A stretch of 64,000 bases of DNA from Candidatus Pacearchaeota archaeon (GTDB lineage Archaea; Nanobdellota; Nanobdellia; Pacearchaeales; GW2011-AR1), in assembly GCA_016866955.1 (NCBI GenBank), contig VGKT01000002.1:16072-80071 (forward strand), in the 5' to 3' direction. Positions 18,561 through 30,767 of the stretch are shown here, in pieces. The position numbers were made by a program, and so were the translations under genes. Position 1 is the first letter of the stretch; the number at the start of each line of letters is the position of its first letter. The notes beneath the pieces are model-generated. The model did no database searches. It saw nothing but the letters and a program-made list of their open reading frames with translations, and had not been told where the DNA came from.

Positions 18561-19259
18561 ATGTATGAACAACTAAAAGAATCTGGACTTACAGAAAATG
18601 AAATAAAAGTCTATTTAGCATTAATAAATAACGGTTCTAATTTAGCAGGAAAAATATCACGATTAACAGGTCTACATAGAAGAACGATATACGACACGAC
18701 AGAAATGCTTATACAAAAAGGACTAATAGGTTATATCTTAAAGAATAATAGAAGAATATTCTCAGCTACAAATCCTAATAAACTTTTAGAAAACTTAGAA
18801 GAAAAACAAGCAATGTTACTTCCACTGGTTCAACAGCTAAAAAGCAAATTAGATGAAAAAAAGGAAAAAGAAGAAACATTATTCTATAAAGGCAAACAAG
18901 CTTTAAAAAATATATTTGAAGATCAATTGAATGCAAAGGAAATTTTAATTTTAGGTGCAAACAGCGAAGCATACAAAATTTTGCAATTTTATTTTAAATG
19001 GTATGATCAAAAAAGAAAAGCAAGAAAGATACAAACAAGGATTATAACACATGATAGGAATATAAAACGCATTCCACTTGCAGAAATAAGATATATACAC
19101 GAGAAATACAATAATCCCTTAGCAATTAATATTTACAAAGACAAAGTAGCTATTATCCTCTGGGCAAAAGAACCAATAGCTATTTTAATAAAGAACAAGG
19201 AAATCTCAGATTCCTATAAGTTATACTTTGAATTAATGTGGAAAACAGCAAGTAAATAA
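18561..19259 (+). CDS. TrmB-like transcriptional regulator (second copy, AT-rich)
   Basis: N-terminal LTENEIKVYLALINNGSNLAGKISRLTGLHRRTIYDTTEMLIQKGLI wHTH typical of TrmB. Confidence 0.6.
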   Translation: MYEQLKESGLTENEIKVYLALINNGSNLAGKISRLTGLHRRTIYDTTEMLIQKGLIGYILKNNRRIFSATNPNKLLENLEEKQAMLLPLVQQLKSKLDEKKEKEETLFYKGKQALKNIFEDQLNAKEILILGANSEAYKILQFYFKWYDQKRKARKIQTRIITHDRNIKRIPLAEIRYIHEKYNNPLAINIYKDKVAIILWAKEPIAILIKNKEISDSYKLYFELMWKTASK

Positions 19260-19411
19260 GAGATAAGTGAACGATTCTAAAAAAATTTAATAAAATTAAA
19301 TTATGCAGTTAAAATAATTTTAACTTTGCCACTAATGATTTAAAAAATAGAACTAAGAAAGTAAAAAATAATTATATCTCCATAAAAGTTAATACTCGTT
19401 ATATTTTCAAA

Positions 19412-20431
19412 TTACTTCCCAAATCGTCGTTGTCGCTTCCCATATTCACGCAAAGCATCTTCAAAATCTCTGGCAGAAAAATCAGGAAAATACTTCTCGC
19501 TAAAATATAATTCTGCATACGCAGCTTGCAAAGGCATAAACCCAGAAGTACGTTGCTCGCCAGAAGTACGAATTACCAAATCAACCTTCGGTAATCCTGC
19601 CGTATCCAATGCTTCAAACAAGGAAGATTCAGTAATCTGTTTCTTCCCTTTCTGCAATAATCGAGCAGCACGAACAAGTTCATCAATCCCCCCATAATCT
19701 AAACATAACACCACCGTAAAATCAGTATAGGTTTTAGTTGCCTCTGCAATATGATATAATCCCTTTACCAATGAACGTGGAAGTCTATCTTTTCGTCCCA
19801 CATGTATAAATCGAATACGATACTGATGGGCATCTTGTTCTAAAGCAGATAAGGATTTCTCAATCAATGAAAAAATTGCCTTTCGTTCAATCTCTGGTCT
19901 CGTCCAATTTTCAGTAGAAAATCCCCAGAGCGAAAGGCACTTCACTCCTGCTCGTTGTGCTCCACGTAATAAGGATTGCATATGAGCATAACTTCCCGCA
20001 TGATAATGACCAAAGTGTACTTCTTTTCCCTGACGTTTTGCCCATCGTCTATTGCCATCAGGGATAATCGCGACATGAGTAGGAACAGGAAGAGAACGTG
20101 AAAATAATCGTTTTCCTAATGAACGAAAACTAGCAAGTTGATCTGCAAAAAAATGCGTTTTTCGAATAATTTCAAACGAAGAATAGGTTTTTCCTGATGA
20201 TTTCCAATGATACTGCATACTTTCAACTTTACTTAATCCAGGACTTCCTTGTAACCATGAAACAAGTGCATGTAATGTTGTAACGGTTCCTTGTGCACAT
20301 ACAAACACACCTCCATCATCTCGATTCACTACATAGCCAGTAATCTTCTGCTTCCGGCAATACTTAGCAACAAGTGCTCGAAAACGTATACCTTGAACAC
20401 GCCCTATAAGTTCTATTTGTATTTCATTCAT
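19412..20431 (-). CDS. uppS: fusion of acylphosphatase domain and cis-prenyltransferase (undecaprenyl-diphosphate synthase family)
   Basis: N-terminal acylphosphatase signature (IELIGRVQGIRFRALV...GYVVNRDDGGV), then UppS motifs IIPDGNRRWA and RTSGEQRTSGF. Confidence 0.8.
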   Translation of the reverse strand: MNEIQIELIGRVQGIRFRALVAKYCRKQKITGYVVNRDDGGVFVCAQGTVTTLHALVSWLQGSPGLSKVESMQYHWKSSGKTYSSFEIIRKTHFFADQLASFRSLGKRLFSRSLPVPTHVAIIPDGNRRWAKRQGKEVHFGHYHAGSYAHMQSLLRGAQRAGVKCLSLWGFSTENWTRPEIERKAIFSLIEKSLSALEQDAHQYRIRFIHVGRKDRLPRSLVKGLYHIAEATKTYTDFTVVLCLDYGGIDELVRAARLLQKGKKQITESSLFEALDTAGLPKVDLVIRTSGEQRTSGFMPLQAAYAELYFSEKYFPDFSARDFEDALREYGKRQRRFGK

Positions 20432-21471
20432 GCCACTTCCTCCACCAAAGCAGTTATAAAACGTTCAACTTCCGACGTAGTAATACGTCCCCCAATAGCA
20501 TCATCATGCCCTCCCCCCATAATCCCTGGAAAACCCTGCGCAATTCGTTCAAACACCAGCTTTACTCCTTTACCTCGTAATGAAATATTTGTTAATCCAC
20601 CTTTCCGATACGCAACAAACACAAACATGCCTGGATAGAGATATGAAAGTTTATTCGCAACGTCAGCACTCATACTTGTTGCTCCCCCATATTGCACAAC
20701 TAATACTTTTCCTCTAACTTCTCGTTCGCCGAGAATACGTTCTAACTCTACCTGGAGAAAAGCAGTTTTTTCTTGAAAAGAAGAAGGAGCATTATCTGAA
20801 AGAACTTGAGCAGGATCAGAACACTCAATTAAAAATCGAATCAAACTCCGCACATGTGAAAGAGAATCTTTTAAGCCAAAATTAAGTGATTGAGCTAAAG
20901 TTCCAATTCTTGTTGCATAATAAGCATCAAATGGTCCCTGAACAGTTCCCCCAAGTGCAGGAAAAGAAGTAGTAAATGAATTCCATTCTTGAGGAAGATA
21001 ATGATCTGCAATACACCCTGTAATGAGCAACCAAAGATCTTCAGTTCGTCCCAATGCGCGATACATTAAATACGAAACCGGCTCAGCACTTCGTGCCTTT
21101 CCAGATAACAAAGCTGGATTATATTCAATATATAATGGAAAATCAACACTAAAATCGGGTTTTGTAACAGCATGATGATCAAGTACAATCAATGGCAAAG
21201 AACGTTCTTTCGCAAACTGCACACTTTCAGGAGATAAAAAAGGTTTATCCAATACAACCAAAAGATCAGCCCCTTGTAACACTGCTTGTTCACAATAACC
21301 CACATCAAGTGCAGGATAGCTCCGTACAGGAATACCTATTCCTTTTCCTAATGTTCGACGAGCAATCAAAAAACTACATAACCCATCTGCATCATTATCA
21401 AACAAAAAAGCAGGACAGGAAGCTCCTTCTAAGCGAGAACGAAGATCATCCAAGGAAGCCTGAGAAAGCAT
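20428..21471 (-). CDS. DHH-family phosphoesterase (RecJ-like/nanoRNase-like)
   Basis: DNDADG, LDHH and GGGHDDAIGG (DHHA1) motifs. Confidence 0.75.
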   Translation of the reverse strand: MLSQASLDDLRSRLEGASCPAFLFDNDADGLCSFLIARRTLGKGIGIPVRSYPALDVGYCEQAVLQGADLLVVLDKPFLSPESVQFAKERSLPLIVLDHHAVTKPDFSVDFPLYIEYNPALLSGKARSAEPVSYLMYRALGRTEDLWLLITGCIADHYLPQEWNSFTTSFPALGGTVQGPFDAYYATRIGTLAQSLNFGLKDSLSHVRSLIRFLIECSDPAQVLSDNAPSSFQEKTAFLQVELERILGEREVRGKVLVVQYGGATSMSADVANKLSYLYPGMFVFVAYRKGGLTNISLRGKGVKLVFERIAQGFPGIMGGGHDDAIGGRITTSEVERFITALVEEVA

Positions 21472-21781
21472 CCCTCAACGAGAAAGAAACGGCTTTTAAG
21501 CCTTATGGAAAAAAGACAATAAAAAAGAATTATCGAGTCATAGATGCAGCTCTTCCAGCAGCTTCATAAGCGGCTTTTTCATCCTCAGGACTATACTACA
21601 TAGCACCTGTCGCATACAAAGCAATACCTATTCCAAGAGCTACAATCAAAAGAACAAATAACGCAGTTTTCCAATGAAAGTTACGTCGCACACTCTTCTT
21701 TACCATAACAAAAATAGGTACAAGCCCTATTTAAACATTACTCAAAAAAAATAAAAAATAAAAAATAAAAAAAGGCTTTTC

Positions 21782-22507
21782 TTAGTACCAGCGAGAAATG
21801 CGATAGGTTACTGCAACACGTGCAGAAACATCGAGTTCACGAGGAGTAAGAGAGGCAGCAGCAAATTTTGCATCTTCAGCAGAAGCAACACCTTCTCCAC
21901 GAGCATAATACACAACAGGAGCATAAGAATAGTCCTCATTTTGTATTGAAACAAGTGAACCAAGGCTTTTACCAACACCTAAAGCGAGAGCGGTTGCTTT
22001 TCGTTCAGCATCTTTTCCAGCAGCAGTCAATGCTTCAGCTTTCAAGGAAGCAGCATGTTCATCAGAAAGTTCAAAGTTAATACCTTGTACTAATCCTCCT
22101 GCTTCAACAACTGCATCAACGATACCGGCAACTGAACGCACATCACTCGTACGAATATGTATTGACTGACTTGCAACAAAACCTTTGAGAACTTGTTTTC
22201 CCGTTTCCCAAGAATAGTCCTGATATAATTGTTCAGTTTGCATTTGAATCGCAGAATCGGGAACTCCACGTGCACGAACAGCAGTTGCAACAGCATCACT
22301 TACAGTACGCATATTTGTTTGAGCTGTTTGTGCCGATTGATGACGTTGTTCAATTGCTACATACACCACCACTTCATCAGCAGGAGCATGTAACGTAACT
22401 TCTCCAATAGCTGAAACAGTAGGAACTGTTCCAGGAGCCATCACTAAATATCCCCCCAATGCAATAATGACCACTACCAATCCAATAAGTCCATAGGTAG
22501 AATTCAT
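21782..22507 (-). CDS. SIMPL-domain (DUF541) secreted protein
   Basis: N-terminal TM helix. Overall SIMPL-like composition and length. Confidence 0.6.
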   Translation of the reverse strand: MNSTYGLIGLVVVIIALGGYLVMAPGTVPTVSAIGEVTLHAPADEVVVYVAIEQRHQSAQTAQTNMRTVSDAVATAVRARGVPDSAIQMQTEQLYQDYSWETGKQVLKGFVASQSIHIRTSDVRSVAGIVDAVVEAGGLVQGINFELSDEHAASLKAEALTAAGKDAERKATALALGVGKSLGSLVSIQNEDYSYAPVVYYARGEGVASAEDAKFAAASLTPRELDVSARVAVTYRISRWY

Positions 22508-23091
22508 GATACACTACCTCCTTTCACTAAAGAAACGTAATAATTCCAAACAAGAAAAATTCCTATACCCACACAAGAACCAAGTAAAAACCACAAGGCA
22601 ATATCAGGTAAAATCACATTTGCACCAGGTTGAATCAAATCAGAAGGCATACGTTCCATAAGTGCACTACTTGCCGAAGCATCAGAAGCAACTTTCATAC
22701 TCGTATCAGATAGAACCGAAGTACCCACGCCACTTATTTTTATTAAAACAGCAAAGAGTCCTGAACCAAGCAATGCAGGAAGCACACCTTTGAGTAAAGG
22801 ACGAGGAGAAATAATAAATTGTGTATGTGCCAATTCATATTTCACTACCTTCTTACCTTTTACACTCCACCAAGAAGAAGCAGGCACCACCAATCCAGCA
22901 TCTACTAATTTCTTAATCGTATAATCAACGGTACTAAAGGGAAGAGACAAAGCCGAAACAAGTTCACCACTAGATGCAGGCCCAGCACTTAAACGATCAA
23001 GTAACACACGAGCAGTTTTGTTACGTAATGCTTCTGTAATCAACGATAAACGTGGATCATGTACATCGAGTTGAATAGATGTTCGCTTCAT
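22504..23091 (-). CDS. membrane-tethered wHTH transcriptional regulator
   Basis: N-terminal ArsR/TrmB-like wHTH (LSAGPASSGELVSALSLPFSTVDYTIKKLVDAGLV) and two C-terminal TM helices. Lies directly downstream of the giant gene. Confidence 0.5.
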   Translation of the reverse strand: MKRTSIQLDVHDPRLSLITEALRNKTARVLLDRLSAGPASSGELVSALSLPFSTVDYTIKKLVDAGLVVPASSWWSVKGKKVVKYELAHTQFIISPRPLLKGVLPALLGSGLFAVLIKISGVGTSVLSDTSMKVASDASASSALMERMPSDLIQPGANVILPDIALWFLLGSCVGIGIFLVWNYYVSLVKGGSVS

Positions 23092-23171
23092 AATATAAAT
23101 ACAAATAAGAACTATATAAAGCTCCCGAAGATTCCCATTCTAACGGGAATGTTCTTACTGCAATACTACAA

Positions 23172-26100
23172 TCAGCTTTGTAAAAATCGAGGAAGATAAA
23201 CACACTTGAACCAATTCAAGATACGTGAAATATCGGTCAAACGATCATCAAAACATCCTCGCGTTACAAACAGAGATCCTCGAGATTTATCACGACTTGT
23301 TTTAGAGTTCTTTCCAAGAATAACTCCTGCTTCTTCCAATTCTTCATCAGTACCTGGCACATCATCACGTACAGCAGAAGCAGTTCCTGAAGTTCTTCCA
23401 ATCAATGCTTGCACAGCAGCTTGATTCTTTTGTTTCTTCAAACTATCAAGGCTATCTGATTGAGAAGCATCAAGTCGTACATTTTCAGGATTAGATGGAA
23501 TAATTTTTTTACCAACAACACAAACAAGTTTTTTACTATCAAATTCCCCCTTACGCTTAGTACACATTTCCTCAGCAAGACTCTTACAATCAGCAGGACA
23601 CAACGCACGAGTTTCTCCTGCTTTAGTATCACAGATCTTATCTCCACATGCACTAGGAAGCGTAGTATTAGTAACAATTCCAATAGTACATCCCAAAGGA
23701 TTAGTACAAGTAATCGGAGGTACAAGGATATCTCCCGAACAAGGACAACTACCTGCACAAGCAACAGAAGTAGTCGCTTGACCTGCAAAACAAGGATTCA
23801 TATAAGAAAGTCCGTTTGCCCCACACACAGGAGACGCAGGTTGGCTTGCACAAGAAGGAACACAAGGGCCATAATAAGCAACAGCTACTTGCGCTTGTGC
23901 AGCTTTACAGGGGCTAGAATACGAAATACCATCCTCTCCACATACTAATGGACCAGCAGATATTGAACCAAATAGTGTAGGGCAAGTGGTTGAAATCGTA
24001 GAACACACTCCTTGATATGCAATCGTTATTCCTACTTGAGTAGCTAAACAAGCTTTATCATACGTTACTTCATTTGTACCACACACAGGAGCAGAAGGTT
24101 CGCTTGCGCACGCATATTCAGATCCCCCAGTACATTCATAGAATTCAAGAGACTGCATAACAACCAAAGTATTCTGAGGATTACCTGGCGTTTGTACTTC
24201 CAACTTCGTAAACGTAATACGATAATAGCGTGCAGAAACAGGGGAAGCAAGCATCCGTTTATTCACAGTGCGTGCATCACTCAAAGAAGCACTATCTCGT
24301 ATCGCCCAAGTAACACCGTCATCAGAAGACTCCAGAACAAACTGAGCAACTAATGGATTCCCTCCAAGAAGTTTAAATTGATACGCACCAATAGTACGAG
24401 GAGCAATAAATGAATACTGAATCCATTTTGGTGCACTAGCTGAAACAACCTGCGATTGCCAGAAGTTTGTCCCACCTGAGAAAGCACCCCAGGCCTGTCC
24501 TTGCGGACCACCAACCGTTGGATAATTCAATGCTTCACTATTACTTGATACGGTACCAACTGAAGAAGTATAACTTGACATCGTAGGAACAATAGTACCA
24601 CTCAACGATGTACACCCTGCCTGATTTGTATTCCCCGCACCATCGCTCACACACGTACAGCTACCTTCAAAGCAAGTATGAGTAAATCCAGGCAAACAAA
24701 GTATACCCACTGGAGGAGTCGTACATGCACCAGTAGAAACAATACTCACTCCAAGTGTTTCTGCTTCACATGAATTACCATACGTTACTCCATCATCCCC
24801 ACATACTGGTTTATACACTGCAGAACAAGTAACTGGTTCAGGAATTTTAACACAATGCAACTTTCCACAACCACTCAAACAGCCATTCGCGTCATAAGAA
24901 TTATCTTCAAGTGTACACTTTCCCCCAATTGGAATAAACACTTGAGGACAGGTAACTACATCGGCACAAAGGACAACATCATCTGATACTATATTTCCAC
25001 AAGTAATTGGACATCCCTTTTCATTGAGAACAGGGGCACCATAATGATATCCTTTAGGAGCACGAGGACAAGTCAAAGGCCCACATGCATCTCTGCCATT
25101 ACCTTCACAAGATAACGTACCGCAATCAATTTGACAACCAAAGTGATCAATACCTGGATTGGAATAAGAACAATCCGCAGGGGCAATACAAATCGGAGCA
25201 ACAGGACATACAAACGACTCTTCTCTGAATGCTGCACATTCTCCATCAGAACACGAAGTACAAGGTACAAAATCTCCTCCACGTTCAGGTGAAACACCAG
25301 GAGCAACACAATATAACTTGCTCACATAACACTTCTCTCCTTCACATGAATCAACCTTTTGCCCAAATTCACCAAAGGGATGTTCACTAATATAACATTC
25401 TTCATATAAGTTTTCAGAAACAAAAGATCCTTTACTATCGGTAAAACGTAACGCATGACGAGAATCTCTTCCAAAAGGATAATAGGCAAATTGTTTTGCA
25501 CGTTCACGTCCCTGACAAATACCAATAAAATTACGACTATATTTGCACTCCCAATAGAAAGCAACTCCCCCTCCTAAAGTATCAGCCCAACAAGCATTTC
25601 TATAATCTTTGCCATCTGCACCACACACAGGAGTATAATCGCTCGTACAATGATTTCCACCATCTCCTCCACCTTCTCCTCCACCTTTTCCTCCACCTTC
25701 TCCTCCACCTTTTCCTCCACCAACAATAGTAATGATAGGAGTACACAAAACAGAATCAATAGGTGCATGCGTTAAAGAATCAACACACACTCTTCCAACC
25801 CAAATAGGATCTCCACGAACAGTTTTTTCTCCACATAAATCAACATACCAATTATCAGGTTCGCTCGTCACATCATTACATCCGGCAGGACCGGGAAGAA
25901 TATACGAAAATGATGCTTGAGAGGTTCCCAAAGGATATACGCCTGAATAAAGTACCATCTCTCCGCTCATACCGTAAGCTCCAAAGAAGCTAGGCAACGG
26001 TCCAACTTTGCCATCTGTTCCTCCACCCGTCCCCTTATGAACAAGTCCTCCACGAGAATCAACCAAGTACCATGCTCCATCACCCACGTCTAATTGAAAA

Positions 26101-29100
26101 TAAACCGCAGCTAGATCTTTCTTAGTATCACAAGAGAGTCCAGTCTTTTGAATGCCCCATACTGCAGCAGGAGGTTGCACCTTACAGTCTTGTGGACAAC
26201 TACCCACCGATACCGTTTGAGTACATACCTCTGGCACTTTAGGGACATTGGGAGTAGTCGTAGGAGTAGTTGGTGGAGCAATCACCGTACAACGTTCAGC
26301 ATAAAGTGCCTTATATTCAACACTTTTTAAGAAGCCCTCTACAACTTGTGCACGAGTAGAAATTCCCTGTGTAAGTAAACCAGTCCAGTATGCTTTTCCT
26401 TGAGGATCTGAAGATCGTAAGAACAAACGTTCATACAATGTTTCAACAAACGCATCAGTACTCAACGTAACCAACCCATTAGCAAACGTTGTTGCATCAG
26501 GAGTACTACAACTAAAGGTACCTGAAGTAGAAGTTGCCTTGATAACTGGTAAGGCAAGACAGAAATGCACGTAGTGTGTTCCTCCCGAAAAGTAAGAAGG
26601 AGAATAGGGCACAACGCTACCCGAAGGATACATCGTACCCACCAAAGGAGCAACACTTGCTGCAGTTGTTTGACTCAATTTCCATTGTCCTCCAACATTT
26701 TCATACGTAAAGACAAGATTTCCACCCAAATGAGTCACAAATGAAGTCGTACTCATACCATCTCCACTCGAAGGTTGATAAACCGGACCACCATTCGAAC
26801 ACACACTCGAACCAATCGGAACAAAATCAACTACAATTTTACTTCCAGAACCAGTTCCACTCACTGGAATAGTAATAACCTGTGAAGAGCCATCTGCAAA
26901 ATAAAGTGTCAAAGTTCCTCCACTCCAAGGTTGCACTTTTGCAGCAAATACATCTAATTGATAAGTTCCAGCAGGATAGATTCCCAAAGACTGACCATAT
27001 TCATAATTCAATTGCTGACCATTTCCAATAAATACAAGAGGGTATGCATTGGTAGAAGAAGTCGACCAATATTCTCCTTGAAATGCATGTTGTAGATAGG
27101 CTGAAGTAATAGTCTTTGCAACAGGAAGAGACAATTGCACTATGAAATGATGATCAACTCCCCCGTACGCTGAAAAGGTTCCCCACGGACCAACGCGATC
27201 TTGATCAGCACCAAGATAAGTAGCAGTAATTTTTTGCTCTTGTTGTGTAGAAACAGGAACAACACCGCCAGGAAGACGAACACAGAACGTTGTTTGCTCA
27301 CCTGATTGAGCAGTATACCTTCCTCGTACAATTTGTCCTGAAGCATATTTAATCGAATTAAATGAGCCATGAGGAGGCAATGAAATAGACTGACCATCTA
27401 ACGTTAATGAACCATACGCTGGTCCTCCTTGCGAACCGATCTGCCAAACAGAAGGAGCAGTAAGAGAGAAACCAAGAGGAATCGTACCAATAGAAGATTT
27501 ACTCACAAATCCTGAAACAGGAACTTGCCAAGATGAACGAGAATATCCTTGGAAAGTACCTGCTTGATATCCTGCACTTGTTTCATCATACAAAACAGGG
27601 CAACCTGCAATACCCGTACCTTGTGTCGTAGGCGTTTGAGTAAGTGGAGTAACAAAAGAGGTAGAACTTCCTGGCAATTGCAAACACGTTAGTCCCGCAA
27701 TTCCATTGATACGTACCTGTGTTCCTGGAGGATACGAGCCGCGCCCATCAGGGAAGGATACAACTCCTCCTGGATAACCACCGACGAAATAGGTCCCATC
27801 TCCTTGAATATTGAAAAAGGAATAATAAGCTCCTGTTTGATAGACTACCGTCGTAGCATCATAACCTGCAGGGCGAGGATTCAAAGGTTGCGCACAACTT
27901 GTGGTTGTGGTTGTTGGAGTTGTAGTTGCAGGAGTAGCAGAAGAAGATGAAGAAGAACTTCCAATATACGTACCAGAACGACATTGAGCAGAAACAGTAA
28001 CAGGAGAACAGATATAAGCCGTTGCACTACCAGTAGAAGTTCGACAGGCACATCCTTGATAACCATCAGTTTTTTGCCAAGTAACTAATCGATTACTATC
28101 AGTTGATTCAAAAAATACCCCAATACCTGATAAGGTACATTGTCGTTCATTATTCGCAATCGCATACGTACCTCCACGCTGTGCACACATTGCTTGATTC
28201 TGAATATCAGTCATATCAAAAACATACCAAGGATAATAACAAGTATTTCCTCGCTTTTCACCCTGAAGACCTAGATACGAACAAGCAGAAGAAGCAGCCA
28301 AAGCTTCAAATCGAGGTTCATCGAAATAAGAATGACCAATTGTTTGGAGAGAGGTAGAAGAAACAGTGCACGCATTTCCTGTTGCTTCTCCTGTTTCACA
28401 AATGTTATTTCCACAAACTGCTTTATCTAATTGAGTAATACACGTATCTTTCTGAGGAATTACAAATGGACCAACAGAAGCTCGCTGAACACCATCACCA
28501 AATAATTTCAAAGTAACTTCTTCTCCAAATTTATAGATGAAATACGAATCAATTGTTTCCTGAGCTTTCATATTTCCTGTTGTTCCTTGTTGAATTAATT
28601 GATCCCATCCTCCACGAGAGTTGTAAAGCATGTATGAAGAAGCAAGAACCTTATTAACGCCAAAACTAAAGTCTTGACGTACCCCACTCCCATCAGGTAA
28701 ACATTCTTGTTTTCCTAATTGAATTGTCCATTCATCAATTTTCGGAGAAAGTAATGGAACAAATCCTGGGGCACTAGTTAATTGAGTAACAATTGGAGAA
28801 GAGAAACTGAGAGGAATAAGATCCGATGAAGGAGTAACGGTTTCACAAGGTTTCGCAACAATCTTCCCATTCGGACATTGATACGTTTCTCCACCGGTTG
28901 TACACGTATCAAAATTAATATCCAAGTTACAGGTTGGATCCCATCCAAAAGCTCCACACGTATCAGGGTCAGGACCAGTTGTTTCTCCATCAGTTCCTGA
29001 ACAAGGTCCAGACGTACAGGAAGGACTATCACACGGAACTTGTTGAGCAGGAGCTAAACAAGCATACGGCCCAGTACAAAGAGGAATACTATAACAGGTT

Positions 29101-30767
29101 TCAGCAGGGAGAGTAATAATAGCCTGGCTCCCAATAACTTCAGAAGAAATAATCGTAACCGCTACCCCTCCCACGTCTATCGATGGACCTGGTTGCCCGG
29201 AGGGACGATTAGGATCCCCAACAACCTCATCATGAGGAAAAAGTTTTTCAATAGGCTCAATCTTAACTCCCTCAGGAACAGGACCACAAGAAGGATCCCA
29301 TCTTTCAGTAGATTTAATTTTTGGAAGAGGATAATTCTCTGCTCCAGACCACACCCGGCTAGGAGCAGGTGTTTCACAGGCACCATATCGACTGGCAGTC
29401 AATTGTAGATTTGGGTTTTGGCAAGCAGCAACACGAAGAGTACACGAGTTTGAATAGGTTTTACCATCAGAGCCACAAACTGGAGTATAGTCCGCAAGGC
29501 ACCAGGTAGGGCATACAGTTGGGTTAGGAGTAGGAGTAGGAGTAGGAGCAGATTCAGTACTACATTCTTTTGTCACACGCACCCCTTCAGCAGAACAGAA
29601 CGAATCCCCTTCTTGTGCAAGTAATTCTTCACAACTTGGACGAGGACATAACATCTTACAATCTCCTGCTGCCACATCACCTGCAATCGTACATCCTTGC
29701 GCTTCCGCTTGATCAGAAAGTTCTGGACAGGTTCTCTTCGCAATCGTTTCATACACACTTTCAGGAGCAGGTTCCCAATTACTTGTATCCTTAACATAAT
29801 ACACGGGGAGAATTTTAAAATCACCGTCAACAGTACCATCTCCATTCAAATCACCTTCTATTCGTTGCCCATCAGGTACGCTTTCCCCTCCTTTTTCGCT
29901 CTCAACATCCGTACCAGTACAACCCTGACAAGTAACAAGCACTGGTTCACCTGGACCAGTTTTTTTAACCAAACCAATAACAGATAAACCTTCAGGAAGA
30001 GTATGCCCTTCTCCTTCTTCTTGAGGATACTTATATACATCTGCAAAATAATACTTATCATAACCATCTCCACCATCATCTCCACCATCACCATCTCCAC
30101 CATCATCTCCCCCTTCACTTCCGCCATCTCCCCCATCTCCTCCATCTCCCCCATCTCCTCCATCTCCTCCATCTCCCCCATCTCCTCCATCTCCCCCATC
30201 TCCTCCATCTCCCCCATCTCCTCCATCTCCTCCATCTCCTCCATCTCCACCATCATCTCCACCATCTCCTCCATCTCCACCATCATCATCATCATCACCA
30301 TCTCCCCCACTTCCGCCATCACCATCATCACTCAAATATTCAAACGTTACATGTCCCGTCGGAGAAAGTAAATCTGCAAAAGGAGCAAAAAAAGCAGCAA
30401 GGGGAGTTCGAGCAGGTTCAGCAGAAGGAACATCACTAAATCCAAACGCACGCAACACAAATAACGTACCCTGTCGAGTTGCTGCCACATCAGTTGTATA
30501 CAAAGGAACGGTAAAACAATCCCCAAGATTATCAGAGATACATTTCAAAGTACCTGAGCGAGGAACACTATCGGCAATATACAAAAGCGTTTCAGGTTTA
30601 ATCAATCCGTAAGTATATCCTGCAACCCAATATTGAATATCTTGTTCTCCAGCAAACGCACCATCTCGATTTCTATCAAAATTAAATGTTTTTAACGAAG
30701 CACCCGAAACAAAACTAACCAATAAACAAAGTCCAATTAAAAAGAAAACAAAACGCATTAAGCGCAT
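23172..30767 (-). CDS. giant secreted multidomain surface protein (2531 aa)
   Basis: Signal peptide, (GD)n/(GGDG)n low-complexity tract, PTPT linker, six Kazal-like modules (C..YxPVCG(S/A/D)DGxTYxNxC), F5/8 type C discoidin-like domain, DUF4214-like module, dockerin-like [11 protein letters not shown] motif, and GGGK/GGGE repeats. Confidence 0.85.
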   Translation of the reverse strand: MRLMRFVFFLIGLCLLVSFVSGASLKTFNFDRNRDGAFAGEQDIQYWVAGYTYGLIKPETLLYIADSVPRSGTLKCISDNLGDCFTVPLYTTDVAATRQGTLFVLRAFGFSDVPSAEPARTPLAAFFAPFADLLSPTGHVTFEYLSDDGDGGSGGDGDDDDDGGDGGDGGDDGGDGGDGGDGGDGGDGGDGGDGGDGGDGGDGGDGGDGGDGGDGGSEGGDDGGDGDGGDDGGDGYDKYYFADVYKYPQEEGEGHTLPEGLSVIGLVKKTGPGEPVLVTCQGCTGTDVESEKGGESVPDGQRIEGDLNGDGTVDGDFKILPVYYVKDTSNWEPAPESVYETIAKRTCPELSDQAEAQGCTIAGDVAAGDCKMLCPRPSCEELLAQEGDSFCSAEGVRVTKECSTESAPTPTPTPNPTVCPTWCLADYTPVCGSDGKTYSNSCTLRVAACQNPNLQLTASRYGACETPAPSRVWSGAENYPLPKIKSTERWDPSCGPVPEGVKIEPIEKLFPHDEVVGDPNRPSGQPGPSIDVGGVAVTIISSEVIGSQAIITLPAETCYSIPLCTGPYACLAPAQQVPCDSPSCTSGPCSGTDGETTGPDPDTCGAFGWDPTCNLDINFDTCTTGGETYQCPNGKIVAKPCETVTPSSDLIPLSFSSPIVTQLTSAPGFVPLLSPKIDEWTIQLGKQECLPDGSGVRQDFSFGVNKVLASSYMLYNSRGGWDQLIQQGTTGNMKAQETIDSYFIYKFGEEVTLKLFGDGVQRASVGPFVIPQKDTCITQLDKAVCGNNICETGEATGNACTVSSTSLQTIGHSYFDEPRFEALAASSACSYLGLQGEKRGNTCYYPWYVFDMTDIQNQAMCAQRGGTYAIANNERQCTLSGIGVFFESTDSNRLVTWQKTDGYQGCACRTSTGSATAYICSPVTVSAQCRSGTYIGSSSSSSSATPATTTPTTTTTSCAQPLNPRPAGYDATTVVYQTGAYYSFFNIQGDGTYFVGGYPGGVVSFPDGRGSYPPGTQVRINGIAGLTCLQLPGSSTSFVTPLTQTPTTQGTGIAGCPVLYDETSAGYQAGTFQGYSRSSWQVPVSGFVSKSSIGTIPLGFSLTAPSVWQIGSQGGPAYGSLTLDGQSISLPPHGSFNSIKYASGQIVRGRYTAQSGEQTTFCVRLPGGVVPVSTQQEQKITATYLGADQDRVGPWGTFSAYGGVDHHFIVQLSLPVAKTITSAYLQHAFQGEYWSTSSTNAYPLVFIGNGQQLNYEYGQSLGIYPAGTYQLDVFAAKVQPWSGGTLTLYFADGSSQVITIPVSGTGSGSKIVVDFVPIGSSVCSNGGPVYQPSSGDGMSTTSFVTHLGGNLVFTYENVGGQWKLSQTTAASVAPLVGTMYPSGSVVPYSPSYFSGGTHYVHFCLALPVIKATSTSGTFSCSTPDATTFANGLVTLSTDAFVETLYERLFLRSSDPQGKAYWTGLLTQGISTRAQVVEGFLKSVEYKALYAERCTVIAPPTTPTTTPNVPKVPEVCTQTVSVGSCPQDCKVQPPAAVWGIQKTGLSCDTKKDLAAVYFQLDVGDGAWYLVDSRGGLVHKGTGGGTDGKVGPLPSFFGAYGMSGEMVLYSGVYPLGTSQASFSYILPGPAGCNDVTSEPDNWYVDLCGEKTVRGDPIWVGRVCVDSLTHAPIDSVLCTPIITIVGGGKGGGEGGGKGGGEGGGDGGNHCTSDYTPVCGADGKDYRNACWADTLGGGVAFYWECKYSRNFIGICQGRERAKQFAYYPFGRDSRHALRFTDSKGSFVSENLYEECYISEHPFGEFGQKVDSCEGEKCYVSKLYCVAPGVSPERGGDFVPCTSCSDGECAAFREESFVCPVAPICIAPADCSYSNPGIDHFGCQIDCGTLSCEGNGRDACGPLTCPRAPKGYHYGAPVLNEKGCPITCGNIVSDDVVLCADVVTCPQVFIPIGGKCTLEDNSYDANGCLSGCGKLHCVKIPEPVTCSAVYKPVCGDDGVTYGNSCEAETLGVSIVSTGACTTPPVGILCLPGFTHTCFEGSCTCVSDGAGNTNQAGCTSLSGTIVPTMSSYTSSVGTVSSNSEALNYPTVGGPQGQAWGAFSGGTNFWQSQVVSASAPKWIQYSFIAPRTIGAYQFKLLGGNPLVAQFVLESSDDGVTWAIRDSASLSDARTVNKRMLASPVSARYYRITFTKLEVQTPGNPQNTLVVMQSLEFYECTGGSEYACASEPSAPVCGTNEVTYDKACLATQVGITIAYQGVCSTISTTCPTLFGSISAGPLVCGEDGISYSSPCKAAQAQVAVAYYGPCVPSCASQPASPVCGANGLSYMNPCFAGQATTSVACAGSCPCSGDILVPPITCTNPLGCTIGIVTNTTLPSACGDKICDTKAGETRALCPADCKSLAEEMCTKRKGEFDSKKLVCVVGKKIIPSNPENVRLDASQSDSLDSLKKQKNQAAVQALIGRTSGTASAVRDDVPGTDEELEEAGVILGKNSKTSRDKSRGSLFVTRGCFDDRLTDISRILNWFKCVYLPRFLQS
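30060..30300. repeat. short-period coding repeat (ccatctcc[t/c])n encoding the Gly/Asp tract of the giant protein
   Basis: Seen directly in the sequence. Confidence 0.85.

Noticed and set aside
21192-21569. 125-aa plus-strand ORF
   Set aside because: Antisense to the 5' end of the DHH phosphoesterase gene and to the putative small minus-strand peptide. No promoter.
29858-30371. ORFs of 157 aa ([12 protein letters not shown]...) and 122 aa antisense to or out of frame with the giant gene
   Set aside because: They are translations of the GD-repeat DNA in other frames. Low-complexity artefacts inside a 2531-aa ORF.
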